64,000 nucleotides of DNA from Dudresnaya verticillata (taxonomy: Eukaryota): the NCBI GenBank assembly GCA_977862235.1, contig OZ374566.1:806001-870000 (forward strand), given 5' to 3'. Positions within the stretch are counted from its first letter, which is position 1. Every line of letters begins with the position of its first letter. Below the pieces are notes generated by a model. It was not told the origin of the DNA. It saw nothing but the letters and a program-made list of their open reading frames with translations, and did not search any database. The position numbers were made by a program, and so were the translations under genes. Of the stretch, positions 37,750 through 50,182 are shown in pieces.

Positions 37750-38142
37750 GTTCTGAGATCTCGGCATGAGACGAGCGAGAGACTGTAGTACACAATCTTT
37801 AGCTCGTGGAAGCTTGCGCACGCTGATCAAGACATGAAGTGTGGGCGATTTGCCCCTGTGTTCGACACCTGAGTGCCATAGTGACCCGCTCAGATGAGCC
37901 TGGTAGCAAGTTGACATCGCTTCGAAAGCTATGCGATAGTAAAGATGATGTAGCGAAGCGCAATTTGGTCTGCACATAGAATTGGAAATGTACACTTCGC
38001 AGTTTACGAACAGAGTCTTTCCCGCCATAGCTACGCAGTTCTGCGATCGAAAGACGGCAACATCGCCATTAGAGACACCATCCAGAACCTACGCTGCACC
38101 CCATTTTATTACACACATAAGAGTTGTGGTAGTGCTCTGCAA

Positions 38143-38721
38143 CTATTCCTTAGCCTCCTCGTCTTTCTCGTCCCCCTTTGGCGCTTCCTCGTTCTCCTCC
38201 ACAACCTCCTCGGCAGCAGCCTTGTCCTCAAAGTTGGCGTTCCCCACCAGATCCGGGATCTCATCGTCATCGTCGTCATCAGCTGCCTGGGCAGCCGCCT
38301 GGGCAGCAGCAGCGAGCGACTGGCCGCCCATGTTCGCGCCGAGCTGATCCATGAGGGATTTCATCTGGGGCATGTTGTCAGCACCCAGCTGGTTGACAAT
38401 GTTAGGGAGCATCTCCTGCAGTGGCTTGGTAACGGCCGCACCCGAGATGACGTAGGTGTTAGCTGAAATCTGGGCCTGAACCTTCGGGTTCTGGAAGTTG
38501 ATCACAGACCCGTTGTCCTTAAAAATGTTGACCTCCTCAATTCCCGGGAGCTGGCTGAGCTGCAGGCGCTTGAGGGTGGTCTGCAAACGCTTGTCATCGG
38601 TCGGAGCAGCCTTGTGGACGGCCTTCTTCTTTCTCCGCACAGATCCCTTACCACCGACACGCACACCGGCGGCCATACGCTGCAGCTTCGCGAGCTTCTC
38701 CTTGTCAACGGCACCCTCCAT
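38143..38721 (-). CDS. BTF3: Nascent polypeptide-associated complex beta subunit
   Basis: EKLAKLQ...VRVGGKGSVRRKKK...DDKRLQTTLKRL...GIEEVNIFKD...NPKVQA...NTYVISG, and C-terminal DEIPDLVGNANF. Confidence 0.97.
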   Translation of the reverse strand: MEGAVDKEKLAKLQRMAAGVRVGGKGSVRRKKKAVHKAAPTDDKRLQTTLKRLQLSQLPGIEEVNIFKDNGSVINFQNPKVQAQISANTYVISGAAVTKPLQEMLPNIVNQLGADNMPQMKSLMDQLGANMGGQSLAAAAQAAAQAADDDDDDEIPDLVGNANFEDKAAAEEVVEENEEAPKGDEKDEEAKE

Positions 38722-41117
38722 CTCCAGGCGTGTTTTGTTGTCTACCGTGTCTCCTCGGTAGACGCGTACGGGCGCTCTTGTTCGCTTTGCAAGCCCCCAA
38801 ACTTGGAAAGTGCTCCACGCTGTGGCCTTCAACGCTTCGGGCGGACACCGCGAATGAAAGTAGTCGCAGATGGTCGGTGATCACGGCTTACCGGTCGAGG
38901 AGATGGAAGCGAATGTCCCGCTTGATGACCCATTCAGAGGCGAGCCAGAATCCTGTCGTCACCGACGGCGGGGGGTGCTTGAAAAATTTGTGTTTTTCAA
39001 GCTACGGATCAGCTTGATCCAAATGATAGGAGAGGCGCCAGAGCAATTGCATAATTACAAATACGGAATATAAATTTCTGTAATTCATAGAGTAGCGGCC
39101 CTCAGTTGGACAGCTGTCCTGATACCGACGTTGTCACAGGTTTTCGAGCCAGTCACTGATGGGCGCCTGCGTGAGTCACACTAAGTGACGCATACTTCAA
39201 TCAGTTTGGCTCGTGAGTTCGAGCTCTCGGATTGGATTGCTGCAGTCAACGGTGAAAATCAGTTTCGCATTCCCGGGTGAAGGGACCGCTCTGTAGGTCG
39301 CTCTGTATTAGATGCTTCGTGACTTTACTTCGCACCTGTTTCGTTTCGTTGTGAGTCCTAGGGTCAGTACGTTATTCAGGTTTGGTCTCTAGTATTCCAA
39401 TAAGCAGCTACTTGCTTCTAGTCTTGGCAGTATTCACTTGCATACTACATCCAGACAGCCCTCAAAAAAAAACACCACAGCTTTAGACAGCTTGAAACAA
39501 GCATTGTACACATTCTAAATATCTTGTAAAAATCTGACATGCTATGGCTGCAATATAAGCATTCCCAGACATGTTGAAGGCTTCGTTAGGGCGCAGAGCA
39601 CGACAGAATTTGCTGCAACCTGAACCAACAGAACCTATCTTATGAAGTGTATGTAATGCTCCTCAACTACCACAGTTCATGACAAATACGCTTTAGAGGT
39701 TCAGAGTCAATGAAGCAGTCAAGGCCTGTTCTTTCGTTGCCGGAAATGCGAAAAAAGAGAAGCAAGTGCGGTAAGAAGCATTAGGTCTTGCAGCCACAAT
39801 TCAGAATATTCCCCATGTGAGAATGATGAGGCGGCCCTACCGAGCAGCTAGGGATTTTCTTTAAACCATTGATGTTCGATGTGTGCAGGCAATGTACATC
39901 CTGTATTTTGGACGAACTGACTGCTGAACAAGGTGGAAGAAATGGAGAATTGGAGTGCAATATGCGATGGCTTCGAAAAGCCGTTTGAGGGCAGCAGCAG
40001 AAAATCTCCAGTAATGGCTAACCTGGGCAGAGTTCTTGCGCGCAATTGGGAAGGGCTAACGATGATGCTCATATGATATGAGCCTTTTTATTCTCTTGCA
40101 AAGCATTAGTGATGAGCTAGGAATGTCTCTCATTGGATTGTCGATTTTGGCGCGACTACTCTTGTTTGTACATGTGTCATCTGCATGGATTGATATCCCG
40201 ATTCTGCAATTTTCATAGTGGAGTGGTGAGTAAGGATTACATTGCAGGCCCGCTCCGATTTGTTGTTGATCGTTTGCTGGGGGAGTGCAGTGATGCTTCT
40301 GTTCATGAACATAATACGTACTGTAACCTTACTAGGTTACTAGGGCAAGTTGCTTTGATTTCCGTCGCATTTTGGGTTGGACTAGCGAGTGGAAGAGGGA
40401 CTGCACAGGCTTCTTGGCAGCGTTGATCTGAGATATCAAGAGCAAAGAGCAATGCCACCCTCTCGGCAATTTGGTAGCGGGCAACGGACATCAGAGCAAA
40501 TCTTTGTGGCAAGCTAGCCTTCGCGGGTCGAGCTCTCCGCGAGGAGGCTGCGGGTTTGCGCCAGGGACGCCCCAACCGGCGCGAGCGAGAACTCCATCTG
40601 TGAGGATCTCCGAGGTGACTTGCGTGACCATTCTCCTTATTTCCCGACCGCAGAATTGCATGGAGGGAAACGTGTCTTTTCCTATTGCGCAACGCTGCAA
40701 TTGACCCGGGCCAGCGCCTGTATCTCGAGACCCCTGAGCCTCTCGCAGATCGCTCGTTTCCGCCGCCGAATGGGGCTCGCCCCCGCCACGTGTACGTCAC
40801 GCCTGCGTCACATGCCCAATGCCGCCCGTTTTGGAATTTTTCGCTCATTGTTGCCGCAAGCGCATTTGACTGTGATGTGACTATCTCTGCGCTGTCGCAG
40901 TGAAGGATTGCAGGTGACGCACACGCCCCGCTCGCTCGACGCCGTCGCCTTGACACCTCTAGACCGTTGCCCACTCCCTTCTTTCCGTGCTGCGGCGCTT
41001 CACCCCAACTTGCCGATTACGCCAGCTATCAGAGCCTTGGCTGTGCACTAACACGTAAACCATCTTAACGTACCTCAACTCTCCCCACCCCTCGAGTAAA
41101 ATCGCTGCGCAAACATC

Positions 41118-42321
41118 ATGACGAAGGAGAACGAAACCACGGAAGAGTCCTCATTTCGCCGCTTGACAATTGGCATCGTGGGCTTTGGAAACTTTGGCCA
41201 GTTTCTGGGAAAATCCTTTGCCGCCCAGGGGCACAGGTGCGTCCCGTTCCAACCGTTTCCGCGTGCGTTGTAGCGCCGCTTCACCGCCCAATTGCTGACG
41301 CTTTCAATTTGCTCGTCCTGACTCGCGTGTTTGCCAACCCCTAGGATCGTCGGTTTGAGCCGTGGCGACTATGCGCAAGCTGCCGCCGCCATCGGCTGTG
41401 AGTACGTCCGCCAGGCGGATGCCCTCATGGACTTGAATCCCGATGTCGTCATATTTTGTACCAGCATCATGTCGCTCGACACCGTGCTTGCCAAGTTTCC
41501 GCTGCAACGGTACGTCAGTCCCCTCATTGTCCACTTTCTCGTCACAAGTACAGCCCTCGGTTTGGCCCTTCTGACCTCAAGCCTCTTTGTGCCTCTTTCA
41601 CGCATAGCCTTTCGGGCGTCCTTGTGGCTGATGTACTTTCTGTTAAGCTGTACCCCCATGATTTGCTGATGAAGTGCCTGCCATCGTCTGCTGATATTGT
41701 GTGCACTCATCCCATGTTTGGGCCGGAGAGTGGGAAGGAGTCCTGGAAAGACCTTCCATTCGTTTACGATATCGTTCGCGTCGACCCGTCCCAAGAGCAG
41801 CGCTGCAGGGATTTCATCAGAATCTGGACGGCCGAGCAATGCAAGATGGTCCAAATGGACTGTTCGAAGCATGATGCGTTTGCGGCCTCGACGCAGTTCA
41901 TCACCCATACAACTGGTACGACTGGCCAAGCGTTCCTTTGAGTCGCTACTTTGCGAGCTCGGTTCGAAGACGCATGTTTTAACTGTGTATCTTCGCGGCC
42001 TCGATCGCTAACGCTCTTTTTGATTGACTCGTATGCTGTGCTGCTCGTTTATTGCTCCTCTTCTTTCTGTCTTTGTCGTTGACAGGTCGTATGCTTGCTC
42101 AGCTCCAAGTGCAGAGCACTCCCATCAATACGAAAGGGTATGAATCTCTCCTTGGCGTCGTCGATACCACGTGCAAGGACAGTTTTGACCTATTTTACGG
42201 TCTGTACAAGTACAATCCCAACGCTAGAGTTGAGTTGGATAACCTCGAAGCTGCCTTGCGACAAATTCGTTCCAAACTTGAAGACGCCGAGGCCGAGGAA
42301 ACTGAGAACACCAAAAAGTAA
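41118..42321 (+). CDS. TYRA: Arogenate/prephenate dehydrogenase (plant TyrAa-type); exons 41118-41236, 41345-41509, 41608-41915, 42086-42321
   Basis: Rossmann motif IGIVGFGNFGQFL, DVLSVK, CTHPMFGPESG, HDAFAASTQFITHTTGR, DSFDLFYGL. Three GT-AG introns keep the frame. Confidence 0.93.
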
Positions 42322-42783
42322 TTTTTGCACCAGTCATTCTTTGCCAACTCACTTTCCCTGTGAAGCGCCGCCTTCTGTTGAGAGTTTTACATTTCCTGAG
42401 CCTTCGGATGTCGCCAGGGAGCGAATGGGTGATGCGGTTTCATCATTTCGGATCTCAATACAGTTGTGTGCGGCTAAACTTGCCCTTGCTTTTAGCCCCA
42501 GTCAACTTCTGACATTTATTTTCATCTGCCCTCTTGCTTTTTCGCTCTTTTCTCATTGCAGGAGGACCTACCTTAAGGACGGCAAGGATAACTACTCCAT
42601 TTCGGAACAGGTACTCGAGAACTTGATGTTGCGCGCTAACTCTAAGGCTTAGTTTCGCCGGCCGTAGCCTCGTCAACTATGAGGTGCCGCTGTCTAACAA
42701 TGTCTCAGAAAATACGCTAATGCTTCAGTGTTAGAGCAACTAAGCAACTAAAGCAGTTAACATCGTTTTACCAAAACTCAGAA

Positions 42784-43872
42784 CTAGGCCGCTACGGGCA
42801 AGTTTCTGCTGACGGCTACTCTCACAGCGGTAACGACATCGTCAACGGCCGGAAACGCCTTAGCTTCGAGGTTTTCTGCGTACGGGGTTGGCACGTCGGC
42901 TCCACTTACTCGCTGAACAGGAGCATCGAGGTACTCAAATGCATCGGATTCAAATACAGCCGCACAAACTTCTGCACCAATACCGAAAGTTGGCCAACCT
43001 CCCTCCAGAGTAACCAAGCGGTTGGTCTTCTTCACAGACTCGGTGATGGTCTTCCGGTCCAGAGGGCGAATCGATCTTAGGTTGATCACCTCTGCTGAAA
43101 CACCCTCCTGAGCGAGAATCTCTGCAGCCTTCAATGCAAAGCCAACTGGGCGGCTATGCGCAACAATAGTCACATCAGTCCCCTCACGCATAACCTTCGC
43201 CTGTCCGAATGGCAGCACGAAATCCGGGTCCATAACATGGTCTGGGACGTCGTCAAAGACGGTGTTGTACATCAGCTCATTCTCCAAAACCACGACTGGG
43301 TTATCGTCCCGAATGGCAGCTTTGAGCAACCCGCGACAATCCTCAACATCATACGGCGAAACAACTTTCAGCCCAGGAACGGATCCATACCACGCGGCGA
43401 AGCACTGCGAGTGCTGGGCTCCGACACCCTCGGACGCTCCGTTCGGCCCTCGAAAGACAATGGGCACGTTAATCTGTCCGCCAGACATGTACAGAGTCTT
43501 CGCAGCGGAATTGACGATCTGATCCATGGCCTGCATGGAGAAGTTGAAGGTCATGAACTCGGCGATGGGGCGGAGGCCGGCGAAGGCCGCGCCGGTAGCG
43601 AGCCCGGCGAAGCCAGCCTCTGTGATGGGGGTGTCCACGACGCGGCGATCGCCGTACTTCGCGTGCAGCCCCTTCGTGACCTTGTAGGCTCCATCGTACT
43701 CGGCAACCTCCTCGCCGATGACGAAGACGCTATCGTCACGCGCTAGCTCTTCATCAATTGCAGAATTGAGCGCATCGCGCACCTGCACCTTTGCTGGCAG
43801 GCGCGCTGCAGCAGTAGCGTGCAAGCTGCGCGAGAGGCGCGGCACGGTTCGCGACGCGATGCGACGCAGCAT
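42784..43872 (-). CDS. PDHB: Mitochondrial pyruvate dehydrogenase E1 beta
   Basis: Presequence [55 protein letters not shown]. Confidence 0.97.
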   Translation of the reverse strand: MLRRIASRTVPRLSRSLHATAAARLPAKVQVRDALNSAIDEELARDDSVFVIGEEVAEYDGAYKVTKGLHAKYGDRRVVDTPITEAGFAGLATGAAFAGLRPIAEFMTFNFSMQAMDQIVNSAAKTLYMSGGQINVPIVFRGPNGASEGVGAQHSQCFAAWYGSVPGLKVVSPYDVEDCRGLLKAAIRDDNPVVVLENELMYNTVFDDVPDHVMDPDFVLPFGQAKVMREGTDVTIVAHSRPVGFALKAAEILAQEGVSAEVINLRSIRPLDRKTITESVKKTNRLVTLEGGWPTFGIGAEVCAAVFESDAFEYLDAPVQRVSGADVPTPYAENLEAKAFPAVDDVVTAVRVAVSRNLPVAA

Positions 43873-44681
43873 CGTTGGATCACGTCAAGACGTCAAGACG
43901 TGGGCTGCAGCAGATGAACCAGGTGAAGGGCAGAGAGCAGGTGTGGTGGAGGGGGTGCGAATTGAGAGGCAGTCGGGGTGGATATTTTGGGTTTGCTCAT
44001 TTTGTGACGATGGAGGTTGATGCGGAGAAAGTTTTTGTCAGGCCCGTCAGGGATCGCGCTGCTCGTCGAGGTTTGGTGCAATTTGACTGGTGCCCCTCAT
44101 CAGACTCCTGTCGAAACACCAGTTGAGTGCGAAAGCGTGTAGTGTGCGCATTACAGTGTACTGTCAGGGGGTACCTCTGCGATAAAGGGCTCGGCGACAG
44201 CATTGAGATCAAGGTGAGTTCTAGAACTCATAAACTAGAGTTCTCCCCACACGGCCTTCGGCTGTACTGCAGGGCTCACGAGCGTCCCTTTACCAAGGAG
44301 AAGTGCCCTGACTTGCGAAGTCCGCGTACGTCTCAAGCGAAGTGGTGTGCGATTGCGAGGGAGTCACGTTTTCGCACTATCGGATGCAGCTATGCGGTAC
44401 TTGGATCGACGCACAAAGGTGAAAATGGGCTATGTTGACCGTGAAGTGTTTATCTCAAGCTTGGGACCTTGGTCCTGCAGGCAAAAAGGATGAGAGAGAG
44501 GATACCATAGCATGCAACCTTGGCCAGAAACAATAAGGTATACTCACAAAACCCTATGATGTTGCCTCGTTTATTATGCATATGTTCTTTCTACCAAGGC
44601 TTGAAACGACGATGAGAAGGCCTTTTGATATCGAATTCTCTCATGCGTGGTCCCACATTCTATGCACAAACAAAGGTCAAT

Positions 44682-46016
44682 CTATACAGCTGCGTCAACC
44701 ATGCTCAATACAAACCGCTCTATAGCCTCTGCGACTCCGTCATCGTCATTGCTGCTCAAGTCGGTGTATCGCGCCACTGCTTTCACAGAAGGAAGGGCAT
44801 TTGCAACAGCACAGGAGTATCCTGCCATTTGGAGAAGTTCCAAATCCTGCCGTTTTGTATAGAAGAAAAGAAGAGCAAGCAAATGAATGTTAGCACATGG
44901 CATTTTGCTCAAGCCGAGTATGAACGGTGAGGCCGTGATGTACGTACGTTTTCAGCGTCCCCAATGGCCAGTAGATTCTCCGGCTTCACGCCGAGTCTAT
45001 TGAGAAGTTGTGACACACCGTAGCCCTTCGAAGTATTCGGGGGCAATACCTCCAACATGTTGCCCTGCGCCTGAGTGAGGTGGCCCATATCGCCGATTCG
45101 CTCTGCTACGAATGGTCTGATCGCGTCAATTCGTGAAGGTTCTGCCATATATATAAACTTGTTCAGAGGGCGCTTGCCTATCGCTGTGTCCCAATCTCCA
45201 ATTACTTCTGGGACCGGTTCCTGTGTTAACAACCAAGGTCAACCAGTGCAGCTCAGCTCATGCGTTAGTATTCGGTCTGCAATGCAATGCCACGCTTTGA
45301 TATTCATGAGTAACATACGTGATACGATGGCAACAGGTCGATGAACTCATCAGACTGCGCGCACAAGATAGAGTCTCTGCTGTATGCCAGGAGCGAAAGC
45401 TCCAGCTCTTCTGCAACGTTAACAACAGCTCTGGACAAATGCGGTTCACACTTGTTTTCATACACAACATGCCCGTCTGTCCCGAAGACAATGAGCCCCT
45501 GCAAAAAGACACCGGGGCAGCCTGCTGGGTACTTCTTGGCGAGGTATTCGCCCAAAGCGCCCATCGCCTTTACCGCTCCAGCCCGCGACTTTCCTGTTGC
45601 TGGCACGAACATGACATCGGTCTCGTCGATTAGACGCATTGCCGTTGTAATGTTCCTCGCGGAAATGCCGACACTGCTATTGAGCATTGTCCCGTCCTGT
45701 ATTTTCAGAAGCACCAGTGTACGCATTTTGTCAGAGTGTTAGATCCATGTCTTTCGAATAGTCTAATAGTTCAGGATGCAGTATTACTTACCATGTCGCA
45801 GGCCATCAGGTGTATTGGCTCTCTTCCTCTTCCATTGGTCACTCCATTCGCAGCAGCAGTGCGATTACCGGAGGCCTCAATTGCGATTGCGCAACAGCGT
45901 TTAGTGGTACGCCTTGTTACAGGGTGATGAGAAGGACGCTTCGAAGTCTGAATACCCTGGCTGTGGCCATAGACGAAGCTACGTATAGGAATAGAATGGA
46001 CGAATGCTGTCTCCAT
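44682..46016 (-). CDS. Cof-type HAD-superfamily hydrolase, probably plastid-targeted; exons 46016-45792, 45696-45319, 45220-44948, 44846-44682
   Basis: Spliced motif I DM|DGTMLN, motif II ATGK, KGYGV, and motif IV GDAEN|DLELL. METAF... transit-like N-terminus. Confidence 0.9.
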
Positions 46017-46620
46017 GCTGAATACTACTTGTAAGGACCTGCGGGCTGTTCCGAACGATACTCCTGCCAAGTTTCAATTGCCTTGTCCTAGAATCCAACA
46101 GGCAAGGGGAGATAGCGCCTCGGTTGCTTTGGATACGCCCAGTCAAGAAATGATTCAGCTTCCGTTCCTTGGATACTCAGAACTGAAGTTCAGAACAGTA
46201 GCACAAATATCTTGGGGAGACTGGATGCGTTTAACCAACCTATGCGTCCATCATGCTCTTGACGAGGTTGTAGTTCGGTTCGTGAAGGGCACCTGCTGTG
46301 AAGTACCCATTCCACGGTAGCTCTCGCCAAGAACTCATCCATTTCTCCGCAGCTATGTAGACCAGAGCATGGCCCCGCATGGCGTACCAAAAGTGAAGCT
46401 GTGGACGGTATCGCCGGAGGGGATTTGTGCTCCGTGACGGGCTACGGTCACGGCGCGACGGACAAATAGGGTTTGGTGGATAACTGTTACATGTGATTCG
46501 AAGCCCAGAAAAATCTTTCTAGCAAAGATTTGTTCAGATTTGCTGTGGGCGATATCTTACTGGGTCACGCGGGTTTCGGTACGGTTCGATGGTCGTGTTC
46601 CAGGCTACCGTGCCCAGGGC

Positions 46621-47313
46621 ATGTTTGTCGGCAACTCGATGACTCCTGAGAGGAACAGTGGGAAGGGGTCTACGTCCGAAGGGAAATCGTCATGGTGTTG
46701 GAGCGGGGAAGTTTTAGGCGAAAAAGGCACGAAGTATCATGGTCTGTTCATTGTGAACGAGACGAAAGATGAAATCACCCTCGAGCTTTCCAACGGATGT
46801 GACTCGTTTACTATGGTTGCTCCAATTGCCATTATATCATCTACTAAGGGCCACTCTATTGCATCCTTTGACGATGGGAAGAGAGTGGGCAAGGTGAAGC
46901 AAATTATGGAATCAATCTCGGAAAATCCGGCATCTGCGGGCTCCATGCGTGTTGTGGAAACCGTTGCAGAAGACACGGAGGATACGATTGAACTGCGAGT
47001 GGCGTCATCATGGGGAGTCGAATTTGGTCTTACTGATGTCCACCTGGACATAGCAAGCGTGCCTCTGGAACGTAAGCGAAGCAACTGCGAACTGCTGGAC
47101 GCTGCCTTCCTAAGACTGAAGCAGAGTCGAACAGCCTTGGACGCGGTGAGAGAGCAGCAAAACCAAGTGGAAATCGAAATGGAAGACCTGGAAATAGCCC
47201 GAACCCATCTTCATATGATGCAGACGCAGGCAGAGAAGGACAAGCGCCTGCAGGCCTTCGCCGACACACTCAACGCATTCAAGTTGCTCTGCAAAGAGAG
47301 GGCCAGCGCTTGA
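46621..47313 (+). CDS. Hypothetical protein, putative divergent XRCC4-like NHEJ factor
   Basis: Beta-rich head (ITLELSNGCDSFT, compare XRCC4 ITLTDGHSAWT), then ELLD...coiled coil ending RLQAFADTLNAFK (compare LYKRFILVLNEKK). The ORF is solid; the family call is an inference. Confidence 0.55.
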   Translation: MFVGNSMTPERNSGKGSTSEGKSSWCWSGEVLGEKGTKYHGLFIVNETKDEITLELSNGCDSFTMVAPIAIISSTKGHSIASFDDGKRVGKVKQIMESISENPASAGSMRVVETVAEDTEDTIELRVASSWGVEFGLTDVHLDIASVPLERKRSNCELLDAAFLRLKQSRTALDAVREQQNQVEIEMEDLEIARTHLHMMQTQAEKDKRLQAFADTLNAFKLLCKERASA

Positions 47314-47402
47314 GAAGTACGTTCGCTGAGCATTATACCCCGTGCACTGTTGATCCGGTTTCTTATACTGAAGGTAAAGGGAAATCCGTTGCCGTGATGC
47401 TT

Positions 47403-47486
47403 CGTACTGTTCTGGACCATGTGTGACACCATGATGTATGCATTCCGTTTCAACGGAATGCATACATCATGGTCCAAAACAGTACG
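47403..47486. repeat. Inverted repeat centred on the EMC6 stop codon
   Basis: 47428-47449 is the exact reverse complement of 47452-47473 (22 bp, 2-nt loop). 47403-47421 matches 47468-47486 with 1 mismatch. Confidence 0.92.
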
Positions 47487-47906
47487 TATGTGAGCAGTGT
47501 ATTGCGGTCAAATACGCCGGAAAAGAAGATTGAAGCAATTGGAGATGTGAAATACTTGTAGGGCTGAAAGGAAGCCTTGACGAGTAAGGTAGAAGAAATC
47601 ATGGCAGAGACGGCGAAATAGAAGGCGAAGCCACGTAGTCCTGTGAGGCGAAGCAGGCCTGCAATGCAGCCGCCGGCGATATTTCCAGAGATGCGCCTTG
47701 TGCGCAAACAGCGCGAGAACGGAAAGAGCTGTGAAGTTAGTTTACCACCTTGCTCACAGTGGATTATGGATCAAATGTCGGGTTTGGTTGCTGAAGCGGG
47801 TTTGAATTGTTGTGGTCTGGAATGCTTACATGAAATGGATTACTTCCCGGTTTCCACCATGTCGATTCTGTCCAGCAGGTAAGTCAGATGTGAGCGCAGA
47901 AGCCAT
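47450..47906 (-). CDS. EMC6: ER membrane protein complex subunit 6; exons 47906-47830, 47696-47450
   Basis: NREVIHF|MRISGNIAGGCIAGLLRLTGLRGFAFY...LLTYVLFWTMMY. Intron GTAAGC...CTAAC...AAG. Confidence 0.88.
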
Positions 47907-48662
47907 CGTGTCTGAAGAAGCGTACTCGTGTGGCTCGTGAGGGCGCGGTCTGCTTGGCGGCAATAGTCAAAGGAACTGGGGCTGTTCGACAGTGGGCAAG
48001 CGATGTGCTCTATTCTGAGTCGGCGGTTCCAAGTAGCACTAACGAAGGGCACAACGGCGTGGCGAGAGAAGTGGACGAGTCTCGAAGAAAGCGATGCGTA
48101 CGGCAATTAGAGAAGCTTTGCTCCCTGGAAGATTAGAAGTGGCGATGACGGGCAATCGTCGACCGCCGCATGTGTACGTGTGCTACTTGCGGCTACCTGG
48201 CAAAACATTCGGGTTTGTGCGGCATTTCGAAGGGTGCCTGCCGTAGGGCCTGCGATTGGGTGCTTTTGAGAGTTGCGGAATAGTAATTGGTCATAATGCA
48301 AATAAATGGACATAGAATCCTTTTGATAGGGCGAGTCCAAACAATCATTGACAAAAATTGTACAATTTTAATGGGAGGGCTGGATCGGAGGTCACGCCTT
48401 ACAGAAAATGGCTTACAGAAATCCACCCTACCCTTCTGTTTGTTCCTGAAGCCTTGTTGAGTCAGTTCGTGACAAGCATCCTTTGGCCAATGGGATTACC
48501 TCGTCAAGAATGCATTAACGGTGTCAATGGTGTTGATGTCAACATCATGTCATCGAATGATTCGATTCGATGCAACATCGCTGCTCAGAGCAGCGTACTG
48601 CTGCCTGCTGTCGCTGGAGCAGCGATGCTTTGAGAGTAGTAAGATGAGATCAAACGGTTCGC

Positions 48663-49490
48663 TCAGCATGACTTCGCAGCCTTGGGAGGCGGCATAGGAA
48701 CAAACATGCTTATTCGGCCCCACGCCTCGAACTCTTCATCATTTGCACGGCTTCGCACCGCTTCAACCGCAAGCGGAACGGACACGCGGTAAAGCAGCAA
48801 AAACACAAAACAAGGCGATAATGGCAGCAGTAGCTGCTTCCAACCATCGCCAGCTTGCCAGGCAAGCAACGTGATACCCATCCAAATCAAGCACTCCCCG
48901 AAGTAGTTGGGGAATCTTGAGAACCGGAACAGCCCGATGTTGCAAGCAGCCTTCTTCCTCTCTGGCGGTAGAGCCCTGTTTTTCACGCAGAACTCATTCT
49001 TTTGTGAGTCAGCAATAGCTTCCGTGCTGAACCCGGTCAGAAAGATCACCACAGCGAAAGCGTCCATCATGTTCAGAGGAGCCTGAAGATAGCCTCCGGG
49101 TGTCATGCCTATCCAAACTGGGAAGAGGCTAGTCCAAATCCATACTGTATGTGCGAGAGCAAAGGCGTATGCAGCGGAACCGGCGCGCACACCGTCCAGC
49201 CTTTTGTCCATGAAGCCACGCAAAGTCCGCTTTGCGAGGAAGAAACCTAGGCGTAGCGCCCATGCTGTGACACAGACTAGGATCAGCATCTGGCGCTGTG
49301 TTTGCGCACTATGCAGAAAATAAAAGATTGTCACCACGGCTGCGTTGGAAGCAGAGAACACGTCGCGCCATTCGGCTATGAGCGACGAGTGAGTCAGTAC
49401 CGTGAAGAGGGTTTGGGCGGCGGCTATCGCTGTGGCTGCCGTTACTAGTGGGTGGCTAGTTACGGCAGAAGAAAAAAGATTGAGGGGCAT
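48663..49490 (-). CDS. DUF1295 / steroid 5-alpha-reductase-like membrane protein
   Basis: WALRLGFFL..R, D.R, EAIADSQK, GLFRFSRFPNYFGE...W; multiple TM segments. Confidence 0.88.
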   Translation of the reverse strand: MPLNLFSSAVTSHPLVTAATAIAAAQTLFTVLTHSSLIAEWRDVFSASNAAVVTIFYFLHSAQTQRQMLILVCVTAWALRLGFFLAKRTLRGFMDKRLDGVRAGSAAYAFALAHTVWIWTSLFPVWIGMTPGGYLQAPLNMMDAFAVVIFLTGFSTEAIADSQKNEFCVKNRALPPERKKAACNIGLFRFSRFPNYFGECLIWMGITLLAWQAGDGWKQLLLPLSPCFVFLLLYRVSVPLAVEAVRSRANDEEFEAWGRISMFVPMPPPKAAKSC

Positions 49491-50182
49491 GACTGTCTTG
49501 CTCGTTCCTCACAGGCTCGCGCTACTGCCGATGCACAGTGCCTCTTTCCCTATCACTCTCTCATCTCCTGCCGCCTGACAGAATTAGCAGTTAGAGACAA
49601 AGGAAAGGGACCTAGTCATCGAAGCGAATCTTCGGTGCTCGATATGGCCAGTTTCCAAGTGTACCGGGAATAGTACTTAGGCTGAGCGCAGACGTTAGAC
49701 GGTTTCAGCAGATGGCAAACGAGGGGGGAAGGGCCCATCCTTCAGATCGGCCTATCCTCACGACCACGACACTTCTACAGTACAGTGTGCCTATTGGCAA
49801 GCCCTGCTCCGGACCAGGCTACTGGCAGGCAGCAAACACTATGAAAAGCGGCTAATTTCATTTCATTTGAAACGAAGGCAGGTGGCGTTCATTCGCCCTT
49901 CGATAGCTCACTCGAAAGACCCCGGATTCGACAAAAACGAGGAAATCTGGACTCCGTTTTGGGCATGCAGAGTCTGCGTCCGCGCCAGGCTGACGATCCT
50001 GTTGGTGTTGGCATCATGCCCATGGCAAGCTCGCCCACCTGACCAAGCCTACTTCCCGCCAAAGCCTCTTTGAGACGCTGCCGCCGAAAATGGCAGCAAG
50101 TTGGCCGAGCAGCACAAGGGAAAAGCTGGGCACCACCTTTCGCGCATGACCTCGCTATGCTACGCTGCCGCGGAAAGCCATC

